From NCBI GenBank assembly GCA_964016885.1, contig OZ024742.1:162564001-162628000 (forward strand): a stretch of 64,000 bases of DNA, written 5' to 3'. Of this stretch, positions 24,955 through 40,400 are shown piece by piece (position 1 is the first letter of the stretch; every line of letters begins with the position of its first letter). The notes beneath the pieces are model-generated. The model worked only from the letters and a program-made list of their open reading frames with translations, was not told the DNA's origin and did no database searches. The position numbers and the translations under genes are program-made. The stretch is from Eledone cirrhosa (Eukaryota).

Positions 24955-27900
24955 GTAACGGCACTCTCCTAACATAGGTAATGGCACTCTCCCAACATAG
25001 GTAACGGCCCCCCTCCTAACATAGGTAATGGCACTCTCCCAACATAGGTAATGGCAGCCTCGTAACATAGGTAATGGCACCCTTCCAATATAGGTAATGG
25101 CATCCTCCTAACGTAGGTAACGGCACCCTCCTAACATAGGCAATAGCACTCTCCCAACATAGGTAACGGCACTCTTCCAACATAGGTAACGGCACTCATC
25201 AATCATAGGTAATGGCACCCTCCTAACATAGGTAACGGCACCCTCCCAACATAGGTAACGGCACGCTCCCAACATAGGCAACGGCACGCTCCCAACATAG
25301 GTAACGGCACCCTCCTAACATAGGTAACGTCAGCCTCCTAACATAGGTAACGGCACCCTTCCAACATAGGTAATGGCACCCTTCTAACATAAGTAACGGC
25401 ACCCTCCCAACATAGGTAATGGCACTCTCCCAACATAGGTAACGGCACTCTCCTAACATAGTTAACAGCACCCTCCTAACATAGGTAACGGCACCCTTCC
25501 AACATAGGTAATGGCACTCTCGTAACATAGCTAACGGCACTCTCCCAACATAGGTAATGGCACTCTCACAACATAGTTAAGGGCACCCTTCGAACATAGG
25601 TAACGGCACCCACCCAACATAGGTAACGGCACCCTTACAACATAGGTAATGGCACCCTCCTAACATAGATAACGACACCCTCCCAACATAGGTAACGGCA
25701 CCCTCCTAACATAGGTAATGGCATTCTCCCAACATAGGTAATGGCACCCTCCTAACATAGGTAAAGGCACACTTCCAATATAGGTAATCGCACCCTCCTA
25801 ACATAGGTAACGGCACTCTCCTAACATATGAGACGGCACCCTTCCAACATAGGTAATGGCACCCTCCTAATATGGGTAAAGGCACCCTTCCAATATAGGT
25901 AATGGCACCCTCCTAACATAGGTAACGGCACTCTCCTAACATAGGAAACGGCACCCTTCCAACATAGGTAATGGCACCCTCCTAACATAGGTAACGGCAC
26001 CCTCCCAACATAGGTAATGGTACTCTCCCAACATAGGTAATGGTACTCTCCCAACATAGGTAACGGCACTCTCCTAACATAGGTAACGGCACCCTCTCTA
26101 ACATAGGTAATGGGACTCTCCTAACATAGGTGACAGCACTCTTCCAACAAAGGTAACGGCACCCTTACAACACAGGGAATGGCACTCTCCTAACATAGGT
26201 AGCGACACCCTCCCACCATAGGTAATGGCACTCGCCCAACATAGGTAACGGCTCACTTCCATCATAGGTAATGGCACCCTCCCAACATAGGTAACGGCAC
26301 CCTCCTAACATAGGTAACGGCACCATCCCAACATAGTTAATAGCACTCTCCCAACATAGGTAACTGCAGTCTCCCAACATAGGTAACGGCACCCTCCCAA
26401 CATAGGTAACGGCACTCTACTAACATAGGTAACTGCACCCTCCTAACAGAGGTAACGGCACCCTTCCAACATAGGTAATGGCACCCTCCTAACATAGGTA
26501 ACGGCACCCTCCCAACATAGGTAACGGCACCCTTCCACCATAGGTAACGGCACTCTCCCAACATGTTTAATGGCAGCCTCCTTACATAGGTAACGGCACT
26601 CTTCCAATATAGGTAATGGCACCCTCCTAACCTAGGTAACGGCACCCTCCCAACATAGGTAATGGCACTCTCCCAACATAGGTAACGGCACCCTCCTAAA
26701 GTAGGTAACGGAACCCTTCTAACATAGGTAATGGCACCCTCATAATATAGGTAACGGCACCCTCCCAACATAGATAATGGGACTCTCCCAACATAGGTAA
26801 CGGCACCCTCCCAACAGAGGTAACGGCACCCTCACAACATAGGTAACGGCATTCTCCTAACATAGGTAATGGCACCCTCCTAACATAGGTAATGGCACCC
26901 TCCCAACATAGGTAACGCCACTCTCCTAACATAGATAACGGCACCCTCCTAAAATAGGTAACGGCACCCTTCCAACATAGGTAATGGCACCCTCCTAACA
27001 TAGGTAACGGCACCCTCCCAACATAGGTAACGGCACTCTCCCAACATAGGTAACGGCACCCTCCCAACAGAGGTAACGGCACCCTCCCAACATAGGTAAC
27101 GGCATTCTCGTAACATAGGTAATGGCACCCTCCTAACATAGGTAATGGCACCCTCCTAACATAGGTAATGGCACCCTCCCAACATAGGTAACGGCACTCT
27201 CCTAACATAGATAACGGCACCTTCTTAAAATAGGTAACGGCACCCTTCCAACATAGGTAAGGGCACCCTCCTAACATAGGTAACGGCACCCTCCCAACAT
27301 AGGTAACGGCACTCTCCCAACATAGGTGACGGCACCCTCTCAACATAGGTAACGGCACCCTCCTAACATAGGTAATGGCATTCTCCCAACATAGGTAATG
27401 GCATCCTTCTAACATAGTAATGGTACTTTCGCAACATAGGTAACGGCAACCTTCCAACATAGGTAATGGCACCCTCCTAACATATGTAATGGTACTCTCC
27501 CAACATAGGTAACGGCACTCTCCTAACATAGATAACGGCACCCTCTTAAAATAGGTAACGGCACCCTTCCAACATAGGTAATGGCACCCTCGTAACATAG
27601 CTAACTGCACTCTCCCAACATAGGTAATGGCATTCTCCCAACATAGGTAACGGCACCCTCCCAACATAGGTAACGGCACCCTTCTAACATAGGTAACGGC
27701 ACCCACCCAATATAGGTAACGGCACCCTTACAACATAAGTAATGGCACCCTCCTAACATAGGTAACGGCACCCTCCCAACATAGGTAACGGCACTCTCCC
27801 AACATAGGTAACGGCACCCTCCCAACATAGGTAACGGCACCCTCCTAACATAGGTAATGGCACTCTCCCAACATAGGTAATGTCACCCTCCTAACATAGG

Positions 27901-30900
27901 TAATGACACCCTTCCAATATAGGAAATGGAATCCTCCTAACGTAGGTAATGGCACTCTCCCAACATAGGTAACGCCCCCCTCCTAACATAGGTAATGGCA
28001 CTCTCCCAACATAGATAATGGCAGCCTCCTAACATAGGTAATGGCACACTTCCAATATAGGTAATGGCATCCTCCTAACGTAGGTAACGGCACCCTCCTA
28101 ACATAGGTAATGGCACTCTCCCAACATAGGTAACGGCACTCTTCCAACATAGGTAACGGCACTCATCAATCATAGGTAATGGCACCCTCCTAACATAGGT
28201 AACGGCACCCTCCCAACATAGGTAACGGCACGCTCCCAACATAGGCAACGGCACGCTCCCAACATAGGTAACGGCACCCTCCTAACATAGGTAACGTCAG
28301 CCTCCTAACATAGGTAACGGCACCCTTCCAACATAGGTAATGGCACCCTTCTAACATAAGTAACGGCACCCTCCCAACATAGGTAATGGCACTCGCCCAA
28401 CATAGGTAACGGTACTCTCCTAACATAGGTAACAGCACCCTCCTAACATAGGTAACGGCACCCTTCCAACATAGGTAATGTCACTCTCGTAACATAGCTA
28501 ACGGCACTCTCCCAACATAGGTAATGGCACTCTCACAATATAGTTAAGGGCACCCTTCTAACATAGGTAACGGCACCCACCCAACATTGGTAACGGCACC
28601 CTTACAACATAGGTAATGGCACCCTCCTAACATAGGTAACGGCACCCTCCCAACATAGGTAACGGCACCCTCCTAACATAGGTAATGGCATTCTCCCAAC
28701 ATAGGTAATGGCACCCTCCTAACATAGGTAAAGGCACCCTTCCAATATAGGTAATGGCACCCTCCTAACATAGGTAACGGCACCCTCCCAACATAGGTAA
28801 TGGTACTCTCCCAACATAGGTAATGGTACTCTCCCAACATAGGTAACGGCACACTCCTAACATAGGTAACGGCACCCTCTCTAACATAGGTAATGGGACT
28901 CTCCTAACATAGGTGACAGCACTCTTCCAACAAAGGTAACGGCACCCTTACAACACAGGGAATGGCACTCTCCTAACATAGGTAGCGGCACCCTCCCACC
29001 ATAGGTAACGGCACTCTCCCAACATAGGTAACGGCACCCACCTAACATAGGTAACGGCACCCTCCCAACATAGTTAATAGCACTCTCCCAACATAGGTAA
29101 CTGCAGTCTCCCAACATAGGTAACGGCACCCTCCCAACATAGGTAACGGCACTCTACTAACATAGGTAACTGCACCCTCCTAACAGAGGTAACGGCACCC
29201 TTCCAACATAGGTAATAGCACCCTCCTAACATAGGTAACGGCACCCTCCCAACATAGGTAACGGCACCCTCCCACCATAGGTAACGGCACTCTCCCAACA
29301 TGGTTAATGGCAGCCTCCCTACATAGGTAACGGCACTCTTCCAATATAGGTAATGGCACCCTCCTAACCTAGGTAACGGCACCCTCCCAACATAGGTAAT
29401 GACACTCTCCCAACATAGGTAACGGCACCCTCCTAACGTAGGTAACGGAACCCTTCTAACATAGGTAATGGCACCCTCATAATATAGGTAACGGCACCCT
29501 CCCAAAATAGGTAATGGCACTCTCCCAACATAGGTAACGGCACCCTCCCAACAGAGGTAACGGCACCCTCCCAACATAGGTAACGGCATTCTCCTAACAT
29601 AGGTAATGGCACCCTCCTAACATAGGTATTGGCACCCTCCTAACATAGGTAATGGCACCCTCCCAACATAGGTAACGCCACTCTCCTAACATAGATAACG
29701 GCACCCTCCTAAAATAGGAAACGGCACCCTTCCAACATAGGTAATGGCACCCTCCTAACATAGGTAACGGCACCCTCCCAACATAGGTAACGGCACTCTC
29801 CCAACATAGGTAACGGCACCCTCCCAACATAGGTAACGGCACCCTCCTAACATAGGTAATGGCACTCTCCCAACATAGGTAATGGCACCCTCCTAACATA
29901 GGTAATGGCACCCTTCCAATATAGGTAATGGCATCCTCCTAACGTAGGTAATGGTACTCTCCCAACATAGATAACGGCACCCTCCTAAAATTTGTAACGG
30001 CACCCTTCCAACATAGGTAAAGGCACCCTCGTAACATAGCTAACTGCACTCTCCCAACATAGGTAATGGCATTCTCCCAACATAGGTAACGGCACCCTCC
30101 CAACATAGGTAACGCCACCCTTCTAACATAGTTAACGGCACCCACCCAACATAGGTAACGGCACTCTCCCATCATGGTTAATGGCACCCTCCTTACATAG
30201 GTAACGGCACCCTTCCAACATAGGTAATGGCACCCTCCTAACATAGGTAACGGCACCCTCCCAACATAGGTAATGGTACTCTCCCAACATAGGTAACGGC
30301 ACTCTCCTAACATAGGTAACGGCACCCTCTCTAACATAGGTAATGGGACTCTCCTAACATAGGTGACAGCACTCTTCCAACAAAGTTAACGGCACCCTTA
30401 CAACACAGGGAATGGCATTCTCCTAACATAGGTAGCGGCACCCTCCCACCATAGGTAATGGCAGTCTCCCAACATAGGTAACGGCTCACTTCCATCATAG
30501 GTAATGGCACCCTCCTAACATAGGTAACGGCACCCTCCCAACATAGTTAATAGCACTCTCCCAACATAGGTAACTGCAGTCTCCCAACATAGGTAACGGC
30601 ACCCTCCCAACATAGGTAACGGCACTCTACTAACATAGGTAACTGCACCCTCCTAACAGAAGTAACGGCACCCTTCCAACATAGGTAATGGCACTCTCCT
30701 AACGTAGGTAACGGCACCCTCCCAACATAGGTAACGGCACCCTCCTAACGTAGGTAACGGAACCCTTCTAACATAGGTAATGGCACACTCATAATATAGG
30801 TAACGGCACCCTCCCAACATAGGTAATGGCACTATCCCAACCTAGGTAACGGCACCCTCCCAAAAGAGGTAACGGCACCCTCCCAACATAGGTAACGGCA

Positions 30901-31314
30901 TTCTCCTAACATAGGTAATGGCACCCTCCTAACATAGGTAATGGCACCCTCCCAACATAGGTAACGGCACTCTCCTAACATAGATAACGGCAGCCTCCTA
31001 AAATAGTTAACGGCACCCTTCCAACATAGGTAATGACACCCTCGTAACATAGCTAACGGCACTCTCCCAACATAGGTAATGGCACTCTCCCAACATAGGT
31101 AACGGCACCCTCCCAACATAGGTAACGGCACCCTTCTAACATAGGTAACGGCACGCACCCAACATAGGTAACGGCACCATTACAACATAGGTAATGGTAC
31201 CCTCCTAACATAGGTAACGTCACCCTCCCAACATAGGTAACGGCACTCTCCCAACATAGATAACGGCACCCTCCCAGCATAGGTAACAGCACCCTCCTAA
31301 CATAGGTAATGGCA
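24955..31314. repeat. Near-identical dispersed copy of positions 1 to about 6383 (offset 24954, then 24931 after loss of one monomer)
   Basis: ORF pairs 269/25223, 867/25821, 1211/26165, 1742/26696, 4120/29074 and 4985/29939 are offset 24954. Pairs 5901/30832 and 6122/31053 are offset 24931. Confidence 0.93.
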
Positions 31315-34300
31315 TTCTCCCAACATAGGTAATGGCACCCTCCTAACATAGGTAAAGGCACACTTCCAATATAGGTAATCGCACCCTCCTAACATAGGTA
31401 ACGGCACTCTCCTAACATATGAGACGGCACCCTTCCAACATAGGTAATGGCACCCTCCTAATATGGGTAAAGGCACCCTTCCAATATAGGTAATGGCACC
31501 CTCCTAACATAGGTAACGGCACTCTCCTAACATAGGAAACGGCACCCTTCCAACATAGGTAATGGCACCCTCCTAACATAGGTAACGGCACCCTCCCAAC
31601 ATAGGTAATGGTACTCTCCCAACATAGGTAATGGTACTCTCCCAACATAGGTAACGGCACTCTCCTAACATAGGTAACGGCACCCTCTCTAACATAGGTA
31701 ATGGGACTCTCCTAACATAGGTGACAGCACTCTTCCAACAAAGGTAACGGCACCCTTACAACACAGGGAATGGCACTCTCCTAACATAGGTAGCGACACC
31801 CTCCCACCATAGGTAATGGCACTCGCCCAACATAGGTAACGGCTCACTTCCATCATAGGTAATGGCACCCTCCCAACATAGGTAACGGCACCCTCCTAAC
31901 ATAGGTAACGGCACCATCCCAACATAGTTAATAGCACTCTCCCAACATAGGTAACTGCAGTCTCCCAACATAGGTAACGGCACCCTCCCAACATAGGTAA
32001 CGGCACTCTACTAACATAGGTAACTGCACCCTCCTAACAGAGGTAACGGCACCCTTCCAACATAGGTAATGGCACCCTCCTAACATAGGTAACGGCACCC
32101 TCCCAACATAGGTAACGGCACCCTTCCACCATAGGTAACGGCACTCTCCCAACATGTTTAATGGCAGCCTCCTTACATAGGTAACGGCACTCTTCCAATA
32201 TAGGTAATGGCACCCTCCTAACCTAGGTAACGGCACCCTCCCAACATAGGTAATGGCACTCTCCCAACATAGGTAACGGCACCCTCCTAAAGTAGGTAAC
32301 GGAACCCTTCTAACATAGGTAATGGCACCCTCATAATATAGGTAACGGCACCCTCCCAACATAGATAATGGGACTCTCCCAACATAGGTAACGGCACCCT
32401 CCCAACAGAGGTAACGGCACCCTCACAACATAGGTAACGGCATTCTCCTAACATAGGTAATGGCACCCTCCTAACATAGGTAATGGCACCCTCCCAACAT
32501 AGGTAACGCCACTCTCCTAACATAGATAACGGCACCCTCCTAAAATAGGTAACGGCACCCTTCCAACATAGGTAATGGCACCCTCCTAACATAGGTAACG
32601 GCACCCTCCCAACAGAGGTAACGGCACCCTCCCAACATAGGTAACGGCATTCTCGTAACATAGGTAATGGCACCCTCCTAACATAGGTAATGGCACCCTC
32701 CTAACATAGGTAATGGCACCCTCCCAACATAGGTAACGGCACTCTCCTAACATAGATAACGGCACCTTCTTAAAATAGGTAACGGCACCCTTCCAACATA
32801 GGTAAGGGCACCCTCCTAACATAGGTAACGGCACCCTCCCAACATAGGTAACGGCACTCTCCCAACATAGGTGACGGCACCCTCTCAACATAGGTAACGG
32901 CACCCTCCTAACATAGGTAATGGCATTCTCCCAACATAGGTAATGGCATCCTTCTAACATAGTAATGGTACTTTCGCAACATAGGTAACGGCAACCTTCC
33001 AACATAGGTAATGGCACCCTCCTAACATATGTAATGGTACTCTCCCAACATAGGTAACGGCACTCTCCTAACATAGATAACGGCACCCTCTTAAAATAGG
33101 TAACGGCACCCTTCCAACATAGGTAATGGCACCCTCGTAACATAGCTAACTGCACTCTCCCAACATAGGTAATGGCATTCTCCCAACATAGGTAACGGCA
33201 CCCTCCCAACATAGGTAACGGCACCCTTCTAACATAGGTAACGGCACCCACCCAATATAGGTAACGGCACCCTTACAACATAAGTAATGGCACCCTCCTA
33301 ACATAGGTAACGGCACCCTCCCAACATAGGTAACGGCACTCTCCCAACATAGGTAACGGCACCCTCCCAACATAGGTAACGGCACCCTCCTAACATAGGT
33401 AATGGCACTCTCCCAACATAGGTAATGTCACCCTCCTAACATAGGTAATGACACCCTTCCAATATAGGTAATGGAATCCTCCTAACATAGGTAATGGCAC
33501 TCTCCCAACATAGATAATGGCAGCCTCCTAACATAGGTAATGGCACACTTCCAATATAGGTAATGGCATCCTCCTAACGTAGGTAACGGCACCCTCCTAA
33601 CATAGGTAATGGCACTCTCCCAACATAGGTAACGGCACTCTTCCAACATAGGTAACGGCACTCATCAATCATAGGTAATGGCACCCTCCTAACATAGGTA
33701 ACGGCACCCTCCCAACATAGGTAACGGCACGCTCCCAACATAGGCAACGGCACGCTCCCAACATAGGTAACGGCACCCTCCTAACATAGGTAACGTCAGC
33801 CTCCTAACATAGGTAACGGCACCCTTCCAACATAGGTAATGGCACCCTTCTAACATAAGTAACGGCACCCTCCCAACATAGGTAATGGCACTCGCCCAAC
33901 ATAGGTAACGGTACTCTCCTAACATAGGTAACAGCACCCTCCTAACATAGGTAACGGCACCCTTCCAACATAGGTAATGTCACTCTCGTAACATAGCTAA
34001 CGGCACTCTCCCAACATAGGTAATGGCACTCTCACAATATAGTTAAGGGCACCCTTCTAACATAGGTAACGGCACCCACCCAACATTGGTAACGGCACCC
34101 TTACAACATAGGTAATGGCACCCTCCTAACATAGGTAACGGCACCCTCCCAACATAGGTAACGGCACCCTCCTAACATAGGTAATGGCATTCTCCCAACA
34201 TAGGTAATGGCACCCTCCTAACATAGGTAAAGGCACCCTTCCAATATAGGTAATGGCACCCTCCTAACATAGGTAACGGCACCCTCCCAACATAGGTAAT

Positions 34301-36835
34301 GGTACTCTCCCAACATAGGTAATGGTACTCTCCCAACATAGGTAACGGCACACTCCTAACATAGGTAACGGCACCCTCTCTAACATAGGTAATGGGACTC
34401 TCCTAACATAGGTGACAGCACTCTTCCAACAAAGGTAACGGCACCCTTACAACACAGGGAATGGCACTCTCCTAACATAGGTAGCGGCACCCTCCCACCA
34501 TAGGTAACGGCACTCTCCCAACATAGGTAACGGCACCCACCTAACATAGGTAACGGCACCCTCCCAACATAGTTAATAGCACTCTCCCAACATAGGTAAC
34601 TGCAGTCTCCCAACATAGGTAACGGCACCCTCCCAACATAGGTAACGGCACTCTACTAACATAGGTAACTGCACCCTCCTAACAGAGGTAACGGCACCCT
34701 TCCAACATAGGTAATAGCACCCTCCTAACATAGGTAACGGCACCCTCCCAACATAGGTAACGGCACCCTCCCACCATAGGTAACGGCACTCTCCCAACAT
34801 GGTTAATGGCAGCCTCCCTACATAGGTAACGGCACTCTTCCAATATAGGTAATGGCACCCTCCTAACCTAGGTAACGGCACCCTCCCAACATAGGTAATG
34901 ACACTCTCCCAACATAGGTAACGGCACCCTCCTAACGTAGGTAACGGAACCCTTCTAACATAGGTAATGGCACCCTCATAATATAGGTAACGGCACCCTC
35001 CCAAAATAGGTAATGGCACTCTCCCAACATAGGTAACGGCACCCTCCCAACAGAGGTAACGGCACCCTCCCAACATAGGTAACGGCATTCTCCTAACATA
35101 GGTAATGGCACCCTCCTAACATAGGTATTGGCACCCTCCTAACATAGGTAATGGCACCCTCCCAACATAGGTAACGCCACTCTCCTAACATAGATAACGG
35201 CACCCTCCTAAAATAGGAAACGGCACCCTTCCAACATAGGTAATGGCACCCTCCTAACATAGGTAACGGCACCCTCCCAACATAGGTAACGGCACTCTCC
35301 CAACATAGGTAACGGCACCCTCCCAACATAGGTAACGGCACCCTCCTAACATAGGTAATGGCACTCTCCCAACATAGGTAATGGCACCCTCCTAACATAG
35401 GTAATGGCACCCTTCCAATATAGGTAATGGCATCCTCCTAACGTAGGTAATGGTACTCTCCCAACATAGATAACGGCACCCTCTTAAAATTTGTAACGGC
35501 ACCCTTCCAACATAGGTAAAGGCACCCTCGTAACATAGCTAACTGCACTCTCCCAACATAGGTAATGGCATTCTCCCAACATAGGTAACGGCACCCTCCC
35601 AACATAGGTAACGCCACCCTTCTAACATAGTTAACGGCACCCACCCAACATAGGTAACGGCACTCTCCCATCATGGTTAATGGCACCCTCCTTACATAGG
35701 TAACGGCACCCTTCCAACATAGGTAATGGCACCCTCCTAACATAGGTAACGGCACCCTCCCAACATAGGTAATGGTACTCTCCCAACATAGGTAATGGTA
35801 CTCTCCCAACATAGGTAACGGCACTCTCCTAACATAGGTAACGGCACCCTCTCTAACATAGGTAATGGGACTCTCCTAACATAGGTGACAGCACTCTTCC
35901 AACAAAGTTAACGGCACCCTTACAACACAGGGAATGGCATTCTCCTAACATAGGTAGCGGCACCCTCCCACCATAGGTAATGGCAGTCTCCCAACATAGG
36001 TAACGGCTCACTTCCATCATAGGTAATGGCACCCTCCTAACATAGGTAACGGCACCCTCCCAACATAGTTAATAGCACTCTCCCAACATAGGTAACTGCA
36101 GTCTCCCAACATAGGTAACGGCACCCTCCCAACATAGGTAACGGCACTCTACTAACATAGGTAACTGCACCCTCCTAACAGAGGTAACGGCACCCTTCCA
36201 ACATAGGTAATGGCACTCTCCTAACGTAGGTAACGGCACCCTCCCAACATAGGTAACGGCACCCTCCTAACGTAGGTAACGGAACCCTTCTAACATAGGT
36301 AATGGCACACTCATAATATAGGTAACGGCACCCTCCCAACATAGGTAATGGCACTATCCCAACCTAGGTAACGGCACCCTCCCAAAAGAGGTAACGGCAC
36401 CCTCCCAACATAGGTAACGGCATTCTCCTAACATAGGTAATGGCACCCTCCTAACATAGGTAATGGCACCCTCCCAACATAGGTAACGGCACTCTCCTAA
36501 CATAGATAACGGCAGCCTCCTAAAATAGTTAACGGCACCCTTCCAACATAGGTAATGACACCCTCGTAACATAGCTAACGGCACTCTCCCAACATAGGTA
36601 ATGGCACTCTCCCAACATAGGTAACGGCACCCTCCCAACATAGGTAACGGCACCCTTCTAACATAGGTAACGGCACGCACCCAACATAGGTAACGGCACC
36701 ATTACAACATAGGTAATGGTACCCTCCTAACATAGGTAACGTCACCCTCCCAACATAGGTAACGGCACTCTCCCAACATAGATAACGGCACCCTCCCAGC
36801 ATAGGTAACAGCACCCTCCTAACATAGGTAATGGC
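25701..36835. repeat. Tandem pair of higher-order units of about 5.5-5.6 kb (about 25701-31291 and 31292-36835)
   Basis: ORF offsets are 5591 (25821/31412), 5545 (27601/33146), 5499 (28190/33689, 29074/34573) and 5522 (30832/36354). The differences are multiples of 23. Confidence 0.92.
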
Positions 36836-37463
36836 ACTCTCCCAACATAGGTAATGGCACCCTCCTAACATAGGTAATGGCACCCTCCTGACATAGGTAA
36901 CGGCACCTTCCCAACATAAGTAACGGCACCCTCCTAACATAGGTCATGGCATCTTCCAACATAGGTAAAGGCACCCTCCCAACATAGGTAACGGCACTCT
37001 CCTAACATAGGTAACGGCACCCTCTCTAACATAGGTAATGGGACTCTCCTAACATAGGTGACAGCACTCTTCCAACAAAGGTAACGGCACCCTTACAACA
37101 CAGGGAATGGCACTCTCCTAACATAGGTAGCGGCATCCTCCCACCATAGGTAATGGCACTCTCCCAACATAGGTAACGGCTCACTTCCATCATAGGTAAT
37201 GGCACCCTCCCAACATAGGTAACGGCACCCTCCTAACATAGGTAACAACACCTTCCTAACATAGGTAACGACACCCTCCCAACATAGGTAATGGCACTCT
37301 CCGATCTTAGGTAACGGCACTCTCCCAACATAGGTTACGGCTCCCTTCCATAATAGGTAATGGCACCCTCCCAACATAGGTAACGGCACCCTCCTAACAT
37401 AGGTAACGGCACCCTCCTAACATAGGTAATGGCACCCTTCCAACGTAGGTAATGGCACCCTCC

Positions 37464-40400
37464 TAACATAGCTAACGGCACTCTCCCAACATAGGTAATG
37501 GCACTCTCACAATATAGTTAAGGGCACCCTTCTAACATAGGTAACGGCACCCACCCAACATTGGTAACGGCACCCTTACAACATAAGTAATGGCACCCTC
37601 CTAACATAGGTAACGGCACCCTCCCAACATAGGTAAAGGCACCCTCCTAACATAGGTAATGGCATTCTCCCAACATAGGTAATGGCACCCTCCTAACATA
37701 GGTAAAGGCACCCTTCCAATATAGGTAATGGCACCCTCCTAACATAGGTAACGGCACCCTCCCAACATAGGTAATGGTACTCTCCCAACATAGGTAATGG
37801 TACTCTCCCAACATAGGTAACGGCACACTCCTAACATAGGTAACGGCACCCTCTCTAACATAGGTAATGGGACTCTCCTAACATAGGTGACGGCACTCTT
37901 CCAACAAAGGTAACGGCACCCTTACAACACAGGGAATGGCACTCTCCTAACATAGGTAGCGGCACCCTCCCACCATAGGTAACGGCACTCTCCCAACATA
38001 GGTAACGGCACCCACCTAACATAGGTAACGGCACCCTCCCAACATAGTTAATAGCACTCTCCCAACATAGGTAACTGCTGTCTCCCAACATAGGTAACGG
38101 CACCCTCCCAACATAGGTAACGGCACTCTACTAACATAGGTAACTGCACCCTCCTAACAGAGGTAACGGCACCCTTCCAACATAGGTAATGGCACCCTCC
38201 TAACATAGGTAACGGCACCCTCCCAACATAGGTAACGGCACCCTCCCACCATAGGTAACGGCACTCTCCCAACATGGTTAATGGCAGCCTCCCTACATAG
38301 GTAACGGCACTCTTCCAATATAGGTAATGACACCCTCCTAACCTAGGTAACGGCACCCTCCCAACATAGGTAATGACACTCTCCCAACATAGGTAACGGC
38401 ACCCTCCTAACGTAGGTAACGGAACCCTTCTAACATAGGTAATGGCACCCTCATAATATAGGTAACGGCACCCTCCCAAAATAGGTAATGGCACTCTCCC
38501 AACATAGGTAACGGCACCCTCCCAACAGAGGTAACGGCACCCTCCCAACATAGGTAACGGCATTCTCCTAACATAGGTAATGGCACCCTCCTAACATAGG
38601 TATTGGCACCCTCCTAACATAGGTAATGGCACCCTCCCAACATAGGTAACGCCACTCTCCTAACATAGATAACGGCACCCTCCTAAAATAGGAAACGGCA
38701 CCCTTCCAACATAGGTAATGGCACCCTCCTAACATAGGTAACGGCACCCTCCCAACATAGGTAACGGCACTCTCCCAACATAGGTAACGGCACCCTCCCA
38801 ACATAGGTAACGGCACCCTCCTAACATAGGTAATGGCACTCTCCCAACATAGGTAATGGCACCCTCCTAACATAGGTAATGGCACCCTTCCAATATAGGT
38901 AATGGCATCCTCCTAACGTAGGTAATGGTACTCTCCCAACATAGGTAACGGCACTCTCCTAACATAGATAACGGCACCCTCTTAAAATAGGTAACGGCAC
39001 CCTTCCAACATAGGTAAAGGCACCCTCGTAACATAGCTAACTGCACTCTCCCAACATAGGTAATGGCATTCTCCCAACATAGGTAACGGCACCCTCCCAA
39101 CATAGGTAACGGCACCCTTCTAACATAGGTAACGGCACCCACCCAACATAGGTAACGGCACTCTCCCATCATGGTTAATGGCACCCTCCTTACATAGGTC
39201 ACGGCACCCTTCCAACATAGGTAATGGCACCCTCCTAACATAGGTAACGGCACCCTCCCAACATAGGAAATGGTACTCTCCCAACATAGGTAATGGTACT
39301 CTCCCAACATAGGTAACGGCACTCTCCTAACATAGGTAACGGCACCCTCTCTAACATAGGTAATGGGACTCTCCTAACATAGGTGACAGCACTCTTCCAA
39401 CAAAGGTAACGGCACCCTTACAACACAGGGAATGGCATTCTCCTAACATAGGTAGCGGCACCCTCCCACCATAGGTAATGGCAGTCTCCCAACATAGGTA
39501 ACGGCTCACTTCCATCATAGGTAATGGCACCCTCCTAACATAGGTAACGGCACCCTCCCAACATAGTTAATAGCACTCTCCCAACATAGGTAACTGCAGT
39601 CTCCCAACATAGGTAACGGCACCCTCCCAACATAGGTAACGGCACTCTACTAACATAGGTAACTGCACCCTCCTAACAGAGGTAACGGCACCCTTCCAAC
39701 ATAGATAATGGCACTCTCCTAACATAGGTAACGGCACCCTCCCAACATAGGTAACGGCACGCTCCTAACGTAGGTAACGGAACCCTTCTAACATAGGTAA
39801 TGGCACACTCATAATATAGGTAACGGCACCCTCCCAACATAGGTAATGGCACTATCCCAACCTAGGTAACGGCACCCTCCCAAAAGAGGTAACGGCACCC
39901 TCCCAACATAGGTAACGGCATTCTCCTAACATAGGTAATGGCACCCTCCTAACATAGGTAATGGCACCCTCCCAACATAGGTAACGGCACTCTCCTAACA
40001 TAGATAACGGCACCCTCCTAAAATAGTTAACGGCACCCTTCCAACATAGGTAATGACACCCTCGTAACATAGCTAACGGCACTCTCCCAACATAGGTAAT
40101 GGCACTCTCCCAACATAGGTAACGGCACCCTCCCAACATAGGTAACGGCACCCTTCTAACATAGGTAACGGCACGCACCCAACATAGGTAATGGTACCCT
40201 CCTAACATAGGTAACGTCACCCTCCCAACATAGGTAACGGCACTCTCCCAACATAGATAACGGCACCCTCCCAGCATAGGTAACGGCACCCTCCTAACAT
40301 AGGTAATGGCACTCTCCCAACATAGGTAATGGCACCTTCCTAACATAGGTAATGGCATCCTTTTAACGTAGGTAATGGTACTTTCCCAACATAGGTAACG

